Shown here piece by piece: positions 1 through 19,211 of a stretch of DNA of 64,000 bases; position 1 is the stretch's first letter, and each line of letters begins with the position of its first letter. The stretch is from Euglena gracilis (lineage: Eukaryota): positions 45,115,847-45,179,846 of the forward strand of contig CP154954.1 in assembly GCA_039621445.1 (NCBI GenBank), given 5' to 3'. The notes under the pieces are model-generated. The model did not search any database. It was given only the letters and a program-made list of their open reading frames with translations, and was not told where the DNA came from. Made by a program: the position numbers and the translations under genes.

Positions 1-150
1 TTCGCTGGATGTCAATTTTTTTGCCCGGCCTTCGCGCCGGGCCGAAATTTGGTCACCCGGACCGCGCCACTGTTTAGGTGGGGACACCCCCCCCCTCCTC
101 CGCAGGGGGGGGGGTCCGGACCCCCCCACCTGTCCTTATATCAAACCCTG
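1..150. mobile_element. Right end of hAT-like MITE, same family as 41241-41622
   Basis: Ends in CCTGTCCTTATATCAAACCCTG, whose terminal part is the reverse complement of the TIR at 41241; shares GGTCACC..CTGTTTAGGTGGG with that copy. Confidence 0.75.
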
Positions 151-175
151 GAGCAGCCTGCGGTGCTGTGGCCCC

Positions 176-4685
<4,510 letters not shown>

Positions 4686-6071
4686 GAGCCGCCCGCCGCC
4701 CCCGCCCCCTCCGCTGGGCATCGATCCGCCCCCTCCCCCAGTGCGGCGACCTTCAAGAAGCGCCCATCCCCCCTCCCCCCACACCTGCGTCGCGGCCCCC
4801 TCCCTCCCCCTCCCCCTCCCCCCCCCCCGCCCCTGCCCCTGCCCAGCCCTGCTCGGCACGGTGCGCCTCGTCGACTCGCCTGCCTCCGCACGTATGTACC
4901 TCCGGGGCCAGGGGGCCGCCTACGTCCAACCCGGTCTTGTGAGAACCAGAACTTTGAGAAATATCAAATCAAAATGCATAGGACAGAAAAGATATCCCCC
5001 CTCCCCCAATTAAACCCCTCTCGACTTTCAGCAAAATCCAAAAACAAGACCCACCTCAATATTAAGAACCCCCTTGGTATTTTTTTTCTGGAGAAAATCC
5101 AAAAGACACCCTCTAATCTCCTGAAAAAAACCATGCCCCCGAAATGGGTAATTTTTTTGCCATTTTTCATTCTTTTGCCCGTTATAAAATTTTCATTTTT
5201 TAGACATTTTTTGCTCATTCCCAAAAGTCGCCAATTTTTTGGACCCTCCCGCAGAAAAGTATGGGTTGTATTTTTTTCAGAAAAATCCGAAAGATGGCAC
5301 CCCCCCAATAACATCCCCTTGGGATTTTCAGCAACGGACACAAAAAAAGCTCCAGGGTCTCCTTTCGCTGTAAATGAACCAGGGGGTGGTTGCATCAGTT
5401 CGAAGACCACATGCTGACCTGTTTCATACTGTCACTGTCACTGTCACTCTTTCAGTGGCGCTGGCCACTTTCTATCGACCACCGCCACTTTGTTGGGCCA
5501 GGGGTCCTTTTGCACGAGTGAAATGGAGGCATCCAGGAGATCAGTGTTTGAAACCTTGTCCCGGGAAGGCCACCAGAGGGAAGCCACCACGTGCCTCCCC
5601 GTTGACTCATCCCCCCCCCCACCCGAGAAACTGTCAGGGCCCCCGCCACCAGACAACCTGTCAGTAGTACCCGCCAACTGTCAGGGTCCAATGGCATTCA
5701 TTCTCCCTGGAAAGGCCCCACCCGGGAAACCAGCCGGTGTCCCTGCTGGCCAACGGAGTGATCATTCGGATGAGGATGGCCAGGGGTTGCCGACGAGGAG
5801 GTCGGCGCCAGCCAGGAAAGCAATCCGGTGTTCTGTGCCGAAATGGCCCAACAATTGGCACGGTGGTTTGACACCGGATAATTTTCTGGCGGTCTCCCGT
5901 TCCGGGCCCCTGGGCCCCCTCCCGCTGCCTGACCTCCCTCCGCCATCCCCTGCCGGCCCTCCGCCATCACCCGCCACTCAGCCAGGGGGAGGTTGCCACG
6001 CGCCTCCCCCCCCCTGCCTCCGCGGGGTTGCTCTCCTGCCCTTTACCTAGCCCCAGGCCGGGGTTCCTGGA

Positions 6072-7127
6072 CAAGGCGTCGCTTAACCCGGAGGGCACCC
6101 CATCCCCGGACCCGGGTCCAGCCAGCCAGCAGCCTTTGTCCAGCCCACCCTCCTCCCCCCCCCATCGATGAGTTTGATTTATTTTCCTTGGGGCGGCTGG
6201 GAAGTGTTTTTTTTTTGCTTTTGGACGAGCAGAACATAGGCCAAATAAAGGGTCAAAAGTGGGTCAGAAAAGTGTTGACCTGGAAAATTTGGGGTCACAA
6301 AAAATATTTTTTCCTGCACAATCGCCATATTTTTTCAGGTATGTGTGTGGTTTGAATGTTGATGCCTTATTGGACCTTCAGTCTAGTCCAGCCCTGGGGT
6401 TCAGAGCAAAGTTTTTTCAGGACCTGGGGGGGTCTGGCACCCACCTGCCAACACAGCACAAGGGTGGGGGGGTCCCTTCCTCAGTCTAACGCAAAATCTG
6501 GCAGGGGGCGGACCAACCCACCCAACCAGCCACCTACCCCCCCCCAAGTCACCAATCTGAAGAAAAAAAATGTCTCTGGTTCACTAACGTGGGGTTTGAA
6601 GGGGAAATACATCAATTCGTGCGAAGTTTTGAATCTCCCCGACTGCCAAAAGTTGACAATTGTGTTAAAGTTTTGTCCATTCTGTTTGCAAGATATTACC
6701 CGACAAGGGCCTGTGCCGGCAAATTTAGCGCCGGAACAGCAGGCAAATTAGGCAGAACTCCAGAAAGACCTGGATATCGGAGGGGGGAGGGAGTTTGTTG
6801 ACAACGGAGATGCTTTCGGAAGTTTAAACTTCCACAAACATTGGCAATGCTTGAACTCCACCGGAATGGCGTGATTTGACTAAAACCGATCCACCAATTG
6901 AAATAATGTGTGCCCAAGGCTGGGGCATGGGTTGTTAAATACCCCCCCCCCCACGAGTGTCAGGTGTGGCCCAGTGGAGGGCCTCTGCCCGGAGCCACAC
7001 GTGGCGGCGATCAGCGTGCCGCGGCCCAGTCGGGGGGGGGGGGGGAGGTCAGCCAGCAGCTTTTTTTCCAGCCAGCCCAAATTTTCCCGCCTCTGACAGG
7101 GGGACGGGGTCGCTAAGCAACGCCCTG
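6072..7127. mobile_element. hAT-like non-autonomous element
   Basis: TIR CAAGGCGTCGCTTA ... TAAGCAACGCCCTG; flanks TTCCTGGA / TTCCTGGT (7/8); same ends as 44589-45490. Confidence 0.7.
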
Positions 7128-7426
7128 TTCCTGGTCCGGTCGGCTTTTGTTGTATGACCCCCATGCCCCGCCCTGTGCCAATGGTTCGATGCGGTTCCCT
7201 GTTGTTGTTTTATTTTTGGGCCTTTCTCGGTTTCTCATTCAACCGTTTCAACCCTTCCCACTCCACGGTTCTCAGCAAACCCAAAGAGCCCAATTACGGT
7301 TGATGGACATGAGGGGGGGACCCTCGCTTGGCGCCTTCGGTGCCTTGTCAGGTCCCTCGTGGCCATTAACCCCAGTTGGGTGGCTCTTAGGGTTCGCCGG
7401 CCTCCTGTCAGGACCATTTTGTCACA

Positions 7427-7561
<135 letters not shown>

Positions 7562-7726
7562 ACACAACACACACACACACACACACAACACAACACAACA
7601 CAACACAACACAACACAACACTACACAACACAACACAACACAACACAACACAACACAACACAACACAACACACGCACACACACACAACACAACACAACAC
7701 AACACACACACACACAACACAACACA

Positions 7727-8189
7727 TAAACCCCCCCCCAAAAATAAGACCCCCCCCAAAAATAAGACCCCCCCAAAAATAAGACCCCCCCTGGGCCGAT
7801 CGAGCAAAAATCCAAAAATAAGACCCCCCCCATAAATAAGACCCCCCTGACGGCGCGAAGCGCCGGGGACAGTGAAAATTTTCCCTGAGAAGTTGCCAAA
7901 AACCCAAATTTCACACACAAAAATGATGAAATTTCAAAAAATTTCAGATTCTTGAAGTACAAAAAACATGCTAAATGTCAACTTACACAAATTTACACAT
8001 GGCGCGAAGCGCCGAAGGAAAATTTTTGGTGTTTTTGGGAACCTGAAAAATGATGTTTTTTTCTGGCCCGGGTCGGTCAAGAAAAAATCCAAAAATAAGA
8101 CCCCCCCCAAAATTAAGACCCCCCCTGGAGGTTTCCAGCAACAGACCCAAAAATAAGACCCGGGTCTTATTTTTTGGGGGGGGGGTTTA
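7727..8189. mobile_element. TA-flanked MITE (poly-C / poly-G termini)
   Basis: TAAACCCCCCCCCAAAAATAAGACC ... GGTCTTATTTTTTGGGGGGGGGGTTTA; decayed relatives at ~18677-19039 and ~33507-33924. Confidence 0.75.
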
Positions 8190-8193
8190 CAAC

Positions 8194-10532
8194 CAGACAT
8201 TCATTTAGTGTGGTACACCAAGGTTGTCATTTTGTGGTTCACTGTGGACACCACAAAAATTTTTGTGGTTCACCTGTGGACACCAAAAAATTTTTTGTGG
8301 TTCATTTGTGGACACCAAAAAAGTTTTTGTGGTTCACCTGTGGACACCAAAGTAATATTTGTGGTTCACATGTGGACACCAAAAAATTTCCCACCGCCTG
8401 CTGACATTTGCATCATTTTCTTTCTCATCAACAGCAATGAAGCAATCTTCTTTGAACATGTTTGACTCAGGCGGCGTAAGTCGGCCAACAATTCTGGTGC
8501 CCTAAAAACAGAAGAGGAAGCGGAAAACCACTTCCAAAAAAGGGTCATATTTTTCGATTTTTTTTTGAAGAGGTTCTGATTTTGGCCAATTCCGGTGGAC
8601 GTTTGGCTCACAGTCAGGCAAGGACAGCCACCGGATCCCACCGGATCCCACCGGATCCCACCGGATCCCACCGGATCCCACCGGTGTTTTTTTGACCATT
8701 TGACTAGTGGGTTCCCACCGGATCCCACCGGATCCCACCGGGTCCCACCGGATCCCACCGGATCCCACCGGAGATTTTTTTTCCATGCACAGATTTTTCT
8801 TCTGGATTAATGGTCCGCGTGAGAAGAATCATGTCCGAATGTGCAATTTTCACAAATTTCCACCAGTACCCCATCTGTAGTTGACTTGCATTCTTTTTTT
8901 TGTCTGGTTTCCTGCAAATTAGCAGCTTTTTGCCTTTTTGGCCATTTTTTTTTGGCCATTTTGGACCACTTTTGGCTACTTTTGACCACCGTGGGCTGCA
9001 TTTTGGCATTTTAGACCATTTTTGGCTGCTTCTGGCTATTTTTGCACATTTGTGTCCATTTTAGGCCACTTCTGACTGCTTTTTATCCACTTTTTGCCCC
9101 CTTTTGGCCATTCTTGGCCATTTTGTGCACAGATTCGGTGACCATTGGTACAGTTTTGATAAGATCTGCCGGCAAAACCAGGTGATTTGGGCCAAAAACA
9201 CCGAAAATGACCAAATTCACCCAAAATGCTGTTTTATTGCAATTTTATAATTGATGAATTCCCGATCCCCCCCCCCAAGGCAACCCACCGGAACCCCACC
9301 GGATCCCACCGGATCCCACCGGATCCCACTGGATCCCACCGGCATTCCGCTTCAAAAGCAGGAGATGTGCAACGAAAACTGAACGCAATGAATTATACAG
9401 AATGTAATGTAAAAAATATGCATAATGGTTGCACGCCAAAAAGGAAGCGTAAAACCGCTTTGAAAGAATCCATAAAAAAAATGGTATGAATTGAAATCAT
9501 CAACAATGATCACCAAACGATATTCCAATCCCAATAACAACGAAGAACGTTAACATTTATGAAATTTATGAAGATAACAGAAACTGGACAAACTGAACAG
9601 AAATTGAATGTCATTATCCAAAGTGCATAATGCAAATACGTCAAACCACGTGGAGACAATTGCACGAGTTACGAAAGGTATAACAGGCGAAACGATACAG
9701 ACCTTCTGTTCACTTCCCCGTGCTTCACTTGGAAGGACATTTCGACATGACATTGGCGTAAAACCTGCAAAAAAACAGAGCAAATATGAAGCGGTTATCC
9801 GCTTCCTCAGGCTGACATAATACCTTTTAATTATCTCATATTGCCAAACTGCAAAAACCAGAATGAGGCTGCCACTTACCCTTCTGAATGAAAAACAATA
9901 CTGAATGTGGTCTTTCATTGAATGGTCAAGTTGAAGATCTGGCACCACAGCAATGAAGTGGCTTTCCGGCTCCTACCTCAAAACAAAGCACATGGCATTG
10001 CCGATTTTTCAGGCACTTTTTCAGGCACTGAGGCACTCAACTGACATCCCACAATGCCCCAGAACGCTCCCAATGTCCACAGCCATGCCAAAGCCCCACG
10101 ATAATGTCGCGTGTTTCTGCTTCCATGAAGCGGAATTCCGCTTCATCGACGCCAGTATTTAACTTTTTGATGGTATCCTTGTTGGGTAAGTTGTCTATGG
10201 AGCATGTCTGCTTGAGAACTCGATAGCAATCTGTCCAATTCCAACTGCCACGCTTCGTGGATTGAGCCGGGGCCAAGGCTCAGAATGTGGCTGAGGTGTC
10301 TAAAGATCAATCCGCTTTTAGGTGTATTTTTTTCGATCCTCAATCAATTTCTGTGGACCACAAATTTTTTTTGTGGACACCACAAAAATTTTTGTGGTTC
10401 ACCTGTGGACACCAAAATTTTTTTTGTGGTTCACCTGTGGACACCAAAAAAAAATTTGTGGTTCACCTGTGGACACCAGAAAAAAATTTGTGGTTCACAC
10501 GTCTTTTGTGAACCACACTAAATGAATGTCTG
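8194..10532. mobile_element. hAT-like non-autonomous element with subterminal tandem repeats
   Basis: Perfect 21-bp TIR CAGACATTCATTTAGTGTGGT / ACCACACTAAATGAATGTCTG; perfect TSD TTTACAAC (8186-93, 10533-40); ~30-bp repeats TTTTGTGGTTCACCTGTGGACACCAAAA at both ends; internal (CCGGATCCCA)n arrays at ~8630-8770 and ~9288-9342. Confidence 0.9.
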
Positions 10533-11329
10533 TTTACAACACAACACACACTCACTCACTCACGCACATGCACATGTGCGCACGCATGGCAATCGCCAGT
10601 CTCCGACTCTGTTAGAGCTCTGCCTTTTTTTGTCAGTGATTCGTCTCTCACCGCATCTCCGGCACAGCGCAGTCCATCCAGCCCAACTGCCGGTGAAAAC
10701 GGCGTTGTGGCAGACAACCCAACCAAAGACCCCATACGGGCGGTTCGGAGCATGGATCCACTTTAACACCAGTGTAACCCCAGGGCGGGATCGCAAATAG
10801 GTGGGATAGTGGTGAACTCCCTCCCCGAATATCCTGGCGGGGTGCCAGGTTATTGGAACCATCTTTTTGCACTTCCCCCCTGCCAGGTCATTTCGGCGCG
10901 GTTTCTGGTTTTGTTAAAGCGGGTGCCAGGTCACTGGAACCAAAACTTTTTCGCCCTTTCTTGCCCCTCGCCAGGTTATTCGGCACTAGGGGCAAGGGGC
11001 CCAGAGGTTATTTGGGGGTTTTTACCCCCCGATTTTCTGGTGCGAGCACCCAAGAACTTTGGACCCCAAAATTGATCCTCCCCTGGAAGTTGGTCCCCTG
11101 AGCCCCCTCCCCCCAGTCTAAATGAATCAGAGGGTTTCTAAGGTTCTGGGGGGGGGGGGGTCGGTACCCACCCACCTCCTGGAGGCCCTTGGGACTGCAT
11201 TTTGCATTTTGCAAAGAGTTTACCCTTCGACCAACCTCGATCTTTTTCTGGTTCAACTTTGGCTCATTGTGTGTAGTCTTTTTGTTGCTCCTCCTGTTCT
11301 ATGAGTTGCTTGTTTCTTGTTTGTTGTTT

Positions 11330-11365
11330 GTTGCTTGTTGTTGTTGCTGCTGTTGTTGTTGTTGT

Positions 11366-11397
<32 letters not shown>

Positions 11398-11431
11398 CTG
11401 CTGCTGCTGCTGTTGTTGTTGTTGTTGTTGC

Positions 11432-11509
<78 letters not shown>

Positions 11510-11700
11510 AACTGGTGGCGGTGTTGTTGGTGGTGGTGTTGTTCAATGCAAACACAAGTCAAAGCAAGCAAGCAAGCAAGCAAGTAAACAAACAAACAAA
11601 CAAACAAACAAACAAACAAACAAGTTAAACAAACAACGCAGCAGACAACAGCGATGACGACGACGACAACTGCAGCAACAGCAGCAACAGCAGCAGCAGT
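11330..11700. repeat. Compound simple repeat (GTT/GCT)n-(GCAA)n-(CAAA)n-(CAG/CAA)n
   Basis: Direct reading. Confidence 0.95.
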
Positions 11701-12330
11701 ATTGGGGTGTGGCGTGGTGCAATGTCATACTCTGTGTCTCTGTGTCTCATCGGGGCACTAATCCAAGTGGATCTCTGTCCCGGAGCGACCACCGCCCCAG
11801 TGAGGAGGGAGGAAGAGGGGCCCCCGCCCCTGTCTCCCATCACGTACCCCCTCCTTTCCCCCGCCCCTCGAGGGCTGGAAGCCGGACAGGGGGAAGCGTG
11901 CCCGGGTGGTTTGGGGCTTTTCATCGGCCGTGTGGAACTGTGTGGACGAACCCATCGGAATGGGGGGGGACCGCTGAGGCATGGTTGGGGACGCTGATTG
12001 GGGGCAACTTTTTTTCTGGAAGGGCAGGTGTGGCACAACGTGACACAAACCATCTTTCCCACACCAATGGTCGGTAATCACATTTATCATTTCATCATTA
12101 TCTGTATTTTTTTGACTTAAGGGCATTGCCCATAAAAAAAACATCAACTTTTGATAAAAAAAATGAAAGTTTTGAACAGAACAGCAACAACAGCAACAGA
12201 ACAGCAGAAGAATTTGTCAGAATTTGTCAGAATTTGTCAGAATTTGTCCCGGGAAAACGGTGGCAAAAAAGCACCTGATTGTCAGAAAAGAATGGGTTCG
12301 TGTCCGAAATTGTGTGTGTGTGTGTGTGTG

Positions 12331-12496
<166 letters not shown>

Positions 12497-12783
12497 GCGT
12501 GTGCGTGTGTGTGTGCATCCGTGCGTGCAGGAACCGCAAATTGATGGTCTTTTTGGGGGGGGGGGGACAGCAGCCCAACCAGACTTCATTTCAAAGAACT
12601 GCACACTTCTGGCTGGTCATGTGGATCCCCTCCGGGTCTGCTCCCAGTAGTCAGGCAATGGCTCAAAAAAAAAACCGGCCATGCCCAACGGTCGGACAGC
12701 TGGAATCAAACCGACCACCCCGCAGCCCATGGCCCCCCAACCCACACACAGACCACGTCCCAACACTCATTGTGGCTCTCCAG

Positions 12784-15700
12784 GTCCACATGAGCGTTTT
12801 CACCGACAGAGCGGGCTTCCCCCGGGGGCCCGCCCCTCCCCTGGCGAGACGCGTTTCCTCGGGGAGGCCAGTGTGCAGTGAGGCTGGCCCAGGGAGCCGT
12901 GCCCCGCGATTTGCCCACGCCCGGCCTCGGGGTTGTCCCTCTCGTGTGAGGAATGGCGTGGAAGGCACACTCTGGGGGCGGAAGTTCGGGTTGGAGGGAG
13001 GGGGGGTTGCTGGCGGATTGTGTTGGGGGTGGGCCGCAACCCAACCAAGCAACGTTTTTGCAAGCACTTTTTTCCAGCCGGTTGGTGCTGCCAGCCGCGG
13101 CCATGTACCCTGCCGGGAAGTTTCCCCCACTCTTCCACTCTTCATTGTTAAAACAGAGCCTGCTGGCCACTTCCAAGTGTATTTTTGAATGTTACCAGTC
13201 GGCCATACAATTTGATGCGGCAACTTCCGGGGGATGGGGGGGGATTGTAGATTGGGGGCAGCAGGAGGACAAGCCTGTTTGCTTGCCTACCCAGCCAGGA
13301 AGGATGTTCATGGCAATCCTTTTTTGGCCCTGTGCCAACTGTCCCGAGAGGATTTGACCCCTCCCCCGTCCAGTCACAGTGTGGCCTTGCACAGAGCATG
13401 TTCCTTCGGACATTTTCTTTTTAGTAAAAGCGCTCCAGAAGCTTCGTGATAGTTTGGCACAGCAGTTTTTGAACTTCCTTTTTCTCTCTCACATTTGACC
13501 CATGTGGCCCAACAGGACCAATGTCCATGGGATGACAAAAGTGCCACCTGGCAAAGTTGGCACAGGATGGAGTGCTGCAGATTAACCCTCCCCCAGATAA
13601 TGACCCCCCCCAAATAATAATAATCCCAATAATCCCCCCAGATATTGCACTGAAAATGTGGATAAAAATCATAATTTCTGACAGTGAATTCTGAAGAAAA
13701 TCGATTTTTCAGGATCATCTCCAAAAATGCTTAATTTTGAGAAAGTACAGTAAATGACCCTAAGAGGGGTTTTTTGGTTCTATTTTGGGTCTTATGGGAC
13801 TTCAAAAAATTTCGAAAATTTCAGGTGTTATCACCCTCCATGTAATACCCCCCCCTCAGTCCAGGATTTCAGGCAAAAAAAATAATAATAAATACTAAAT
13901 ACCCCAGGGGGGATCCATTCGGGAGGGGAGTTTACCCCAGAGCACCCCAAAGCTGATCTATTGCACTTTGTGTTAAGGGGATGGAGGCCGTTTCGGTCAT
14001 GCTGGCGGGGAGCGAAGCCGGCGTGCCCGCGCCGCAAGACCACCCGGGAGGGCCGACCCACTCCGGTGGCCACGGGGCCACACCCCCGTCGGCCCGGCAC
14101 TGCTGCGCGACGGCGTCCGCCCCGGCCTGCGCCGCGCCGCGCACCAGAGCCAGACCCATGTCCATTTGTGGCCTCTTCGCCCTCCCCCCCCCACAACAGC
14201 CCCTGCATGGTCAAGGGCAGAGACCTGACCCGAGGGGCAGGAGGGGTGGGGCAGTTCTGTTTCCAAGTGGTCAAACATGTCCAAAGGTGGCCAAAAGTTG
14301 CGGAAAAAAATGTGCAAAAATAGATTAAAAAAATGATAAAAATGGATCAAAAGCAGCCAAAAGTGGCCCTTGGTTTGCCATTTGGTGGCATTTTTGCCTG
14401 GGGCGGTGTAACAAAGCGCAAAACAAGGCGGAGCAGAAGCGAACAATATCAACAGCGCCGCCTCCCTGGTCGGCCTGACGTCCCCGGGGGACATCCCTTG
14501 GTTTGCCGGAAGTCGGCCACCGCATTGCCGTGCCCCGCGGGTTGGCGGGGCCCCCTCCCCCGGCCAACCCCACTCCCCCCCCCCCAGACGACTGGCGCCG
14601 GGCGGCCCTGCACTGTTCCGCCTCCCCCCCCCCTCGCCACAGCGCCGGACCAACGCCTTGGCCCTCCCCCCCCAGTGAAACACCCCGCCTGCCCCTCCTG
14701 TGAGACAGCGGGGCCCTGAGAGAGGGATGGGGAGACGGAGGCCGGGCGGCGGCGGGGGCCCCGTGGCGCCCTGGCACCCGGGATGCCCGGCCCCCGCCCC
14801 CGCCCGTGCCGGGACGGCCAGGGCGCAAGAAGCTCCGGCAGGGGGTAAACGCAAACCAGGCTTTTGCTTAAGGGATTGCAGTACCCCCCGGGGGGGGGGG
14901 GGGGGCTGGACTGCAGCTAGTCCAAATTGGCTAGTGGGTTTTCTAGCAGACCCCCCCCGGGGGGGGGGTCTGCTAGCAGGGCTAGCTAGTGGAAAATTTT
15001 TCACGCCGAAAAAAATTTTGGGACCCCCAAAAATGGCCCAAAATGCCCGTTTTTGGCCATTTTTGGGAATTTTTGGAACAAAATCAGCCAAAACCCTGTT
15101 AAAAACCTCATTTTTCCTCCGGCGCTGTGCGCCGGAGGAAAAATTTTTTCCCCGTCCGGGGGACCCCCGGACCCCCCCCCCCCCCCCCGGGGGGAGGGGG
15201 TCTAGCTAGTCCACTTTTTCCAGTGTCTAGCCGATTGGCTAGCCAGTACCCCCCCCCCGGGGTCCTTAAGCAAAAGCCTGACGCAAACGCGTTTTTGGTG
15301 GTTTTTGCCTTTTTCCTTTTTTTTGTGCTTTTTTTGTTTTTTTTCAGTTTCTGATTTTGGCAAAAGTTGCTCGCCGTGTTTTCTCCCAGGCCTCGCGGGG
15401 ACAGTGTTGGGATTCCAGGCACGCATGGAGGCCGACGTAGGCGCCGAGAGGAGCTCCGCCCTGTGGCGGGTTTGCCAACGACTGCGGTCGGATCGCTGGC
15501 TTTTGCCGCCCCTCCCCCTGCCCTCACCCCCCTGTGTATATGAGCAGTCTGCGCAGACAGTGTGGGCTGCCGGGACAACGGCGACTCAGTGTGTGTCTAC
15601 TTGGTGCTGGCAGTGTAGCCCAGGCCACCAACCGTTGAAAAAAGAAAATATCTGAAATCACTGCAAATCAAATGCATTTCTTATAATTGTTTCTTGATTC

Positions 15701-18559
15701 AGATTCTTGAACACATTTTTTGTGATCGTCACGTACCAGGAGCCTGGGGGTGGGCGAGGCTTCGAGGTATCCCCAGAGGGGGATCCTCTATTTTCTCGTG
15801 CAAGAGCACCGAAAAGAAATTGGTCATATTGACACCCCCTGTTGGTCCCTCTGAACCCCCCCCCCTCAAGGCCCCCTGGTGGTGAGTGCCGACCCCCCGG
15901 GTTCTGAGACAAACCTTTGATTTATTGAAGACTATGTTGAAAGGATGTCCTTTTGGCCAACCAGCTTTGGCTCATTGGGTGTATGGCAACTTTCGTTGGT
16001 GTTGTTGGCGTTGTCGTGGTGGTTGTTTGCGGTTGCTTGAGTGTTTGTGTGTTTGTTGCGCTTGTGTTGTGTTGCATTGCGTTGTGTTTGAATCACACAT
16101 TCGTTTAGCCGCCGGCCGTCCCCGGGCCGGGGGGGAATGTGCAAATTGCATAGTTTGCGTTTTTTTTTTTGCTCGATCAAAAATCTTGAGAATTTGCACT
16201 TTTTTGGATGATTTGCATTTTTACATGATGAAAATAATGAAAATTTTTTATAATGAAAATTTGTGAAAAGTCGCATTTTTTTGTTGTTTTTTTTGCACGT
16301 TTTTCCGTTCTGATGTTTTTCCAACATTTGCACAGGAAAAACAGGCAATTTGCTCCACTACCAGCAAACGCTTATTTGGACCTAATTCACATTAGCAGGA
16401 GCACTGGTACAAGTGGATGTCAGGTGAACCACCACATGGCTTTGCAGTTTGCACCTACATTTTCTTTGGTGTTGTATTTTTGGAGCAGATGAAAAAAATT
16501 AACCTCTCCAGTGGAAAAGTGCTCAGCCCCAAAGGAATTAGTATGCAATTTACATATTTTTTTTCATTTTTCCCTTTTTTTTTGCATTCCATATTTTGAG
16601 GAGCTTTGTTGCATGTTTCCAACAATGTTTGGGGTGTGGGTGACTGGCTTTTTTAGAGTGATTGACTGGTTTTGATGATTGACTGGCCCAGGGGGTCGGG
16701 GCAGCAAAAAAAAGCACCAAAATGACCCGGTGCCGAAGGCGCCAGAAAAATGAAAAGGATTTGTCCTTTTTTTTCACGTTTCTGGTCATTTTTCCCTCGG
16801 ATTCCAGAGTGCCCAACCCCCGCAGGGGGGAGGGTTAGTGATTTACTGTTTTCCGGCGGAAACAAGTGAGTGACTGGTTTCTGGAAGAGTGGCGTGGCCC
16901 CTCCCTCCAGGGGTCGGTCAAAAAAAAAACTGTACGGTTTGCATTGGCAGTGCTGCGTGGTGGTGTGGCGTTTGTTGTCCGCATCGTGTCGGTCATTTAG
17001 CGCTGCTGACTCGTCACTCGTCCGGACCCCGGTCGGGCATCCTCCCCACTCTCCCCAGGGAGCCTTTCCCCCGCCAGACCGTCTCCATCAGATGCCCCCG
17101 GCTGAAGGGAAAGATGTTCATGGCAAAGGCATGGCAGGGGTCCCTGCGCCGCGTCCACACTGCGCCAGGGGGTGTTGGTGTGCATCCGTTTGTGTGACTT
17201 TGTTTGTTTTTCCTCTGTGTTTTTTTGTGTGTTGGCGTCACCACAGCGTTAGTAGCTCCCCGGCATTGCATTATCTGTTTGCACCCATGTGCTATTGCTG
17301 TGGGGCGTTTGAAGAACCGCTCACATATGCGCATGCAACGCACACACTGGCCCTCCCTCAATACACACACAATATGCAACGCAACGCAACGCAACACATA
17401 AATACACTATATGCACACACACACACACACACAACACACACACACACACAACACACAACACACACACAACACACAACACACACACACCCACCCACCCACC
17501 CACACACAACACACACGCACACACAGCACACAACACACACACAACACACAACACACACCCACCCACCCACCCACCCACCCACACACACACAGACACACAC
17601 TCAAACAACACACGGCGCACATAAGCAAACTGTTCACACGTGTTGTGTGTTAAGTGTTCGCCCTGGCACCAAATCACGCGTCACCGTCCGGGGGTAGAAG
17701 GGCTGTCCCGGCGCAGCGTGGCGGCAGTCCCCCGCGGCCTACCCAGAGGAGGAGGACGCGCCCTTCGTCTACGACGCCGCCGGCCCCACCCGCTGCCTGA
17801 TGGCCCTCGGCCTGCAGGCGCTGTTGGATGCGAAGCCGGAGGCGCTGCAGACCCCCGACGCTGACCCCGGGGCGGCCACCGCACACCCTCCACCGTGAGT
17901 GAGTTCCCCGAGGTTTTGGCCGTTTTTGGTCTTTCCCCAAAGTTGACCTCCAAAAGTGGGTCCCCCAGACTCCCCATCCCCACCCCTGGTTTTTTAAAGA
18001 AAAACCCTGCTGGAGGAGCAGGGGCCAGTTGTAGTCCGCCAACCTAGGTGCATGGTTCGGCGATTCCAAGTCTATGCTCATGGATTCGCACACGCACGCA
18101 CACTCACCCGTTAACTCCCTAACTCATTCACACACAGACACACACACACACACACTAACTCACTCACTCACTTACTCAACCACCGCGTATAGCATACACA
18201 CGTGCACACGCGACAGGAAGGATGGGCACCACCAGGGCGGACGGCACGCCTGCGGGACCCCCCCCCCCCCGATGGCGGACCCCGCTGGTCGGGCCGACCC
18301 GGGCGGCCAAGGGCAACTACCTGCTGCACACCGCGGCAGCGTCCAAGGCGGCGGATTGCGTGGCGCTGTTGGTCGACCGCCACGTTGCGGTGGACCGCCA
18401 TTTTGACCCCCGCCTCCTCCTCAACGCCCGCGGGGAGAGCCCAGCCAGGCGGATGCCCCCACCCCCTACCAAACATATTTCATGTGTGTGTGCATGTGCG
18501 TGTGCGTGTGTGCGTGCGTGCGTGCGTGCGTGCACGTGCGTGCGTGCGTGCGTGCGTGC

Positions 18560-18643
<84 letters not shown>

Positions 18644-19172
18644 ACGCGCACGCGCACGTGCGTGTCCACACACATTTAACCCCCCCAAAAAATGAGACCC
18701 CCTTGGCCGATCAAGCAAAAATCCAAAGAATAAAACGCCCCCAAAGACAGAATCCCCCCCTGACGGCACGAAATGCTGAAGAAGGTGAAATTTCAATTTT
18801 TGGGGATTTTTGGGTTCCAAAAAAAATAGTTGATAAATGTCAAATTGTACCAATTTACATATGGCGCGACGCAAATGCCGAAGGAAAAGTTCTTGGTTGG
18901 TGTTTTTGGGAACCTGAAAATGATGTTTTTTGGGCCCGGGTCAGTCAAGGATGAATCCTATACACAAGAACCTCCTGGAGGTTTCCAGCAGCAGGCCCAA
19001 AAATAAGACCCGGGACATATTTGGGGGAGGGGGGGTTTAATGCTGCACACACAATATTTAATCATATGTCAATGTATTCTGTATTACAGATCAATACATT
19101 ACAGACAAAATTTAATTATGAGATATGCATTGTTGATCATTGTCTCCTTGCATGTGAATAAAATTGTGTGCA

Positions 19173-19211
<39 letters not shown>

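Noticed and set aside
8225-8385. ~30-bp repeats resembling a CRISPR array (also 10350-10500)
   Set aside because: Tandem units without unique spacers, no cas genes, and located at the ends of a TIR/TSD-bounded element.
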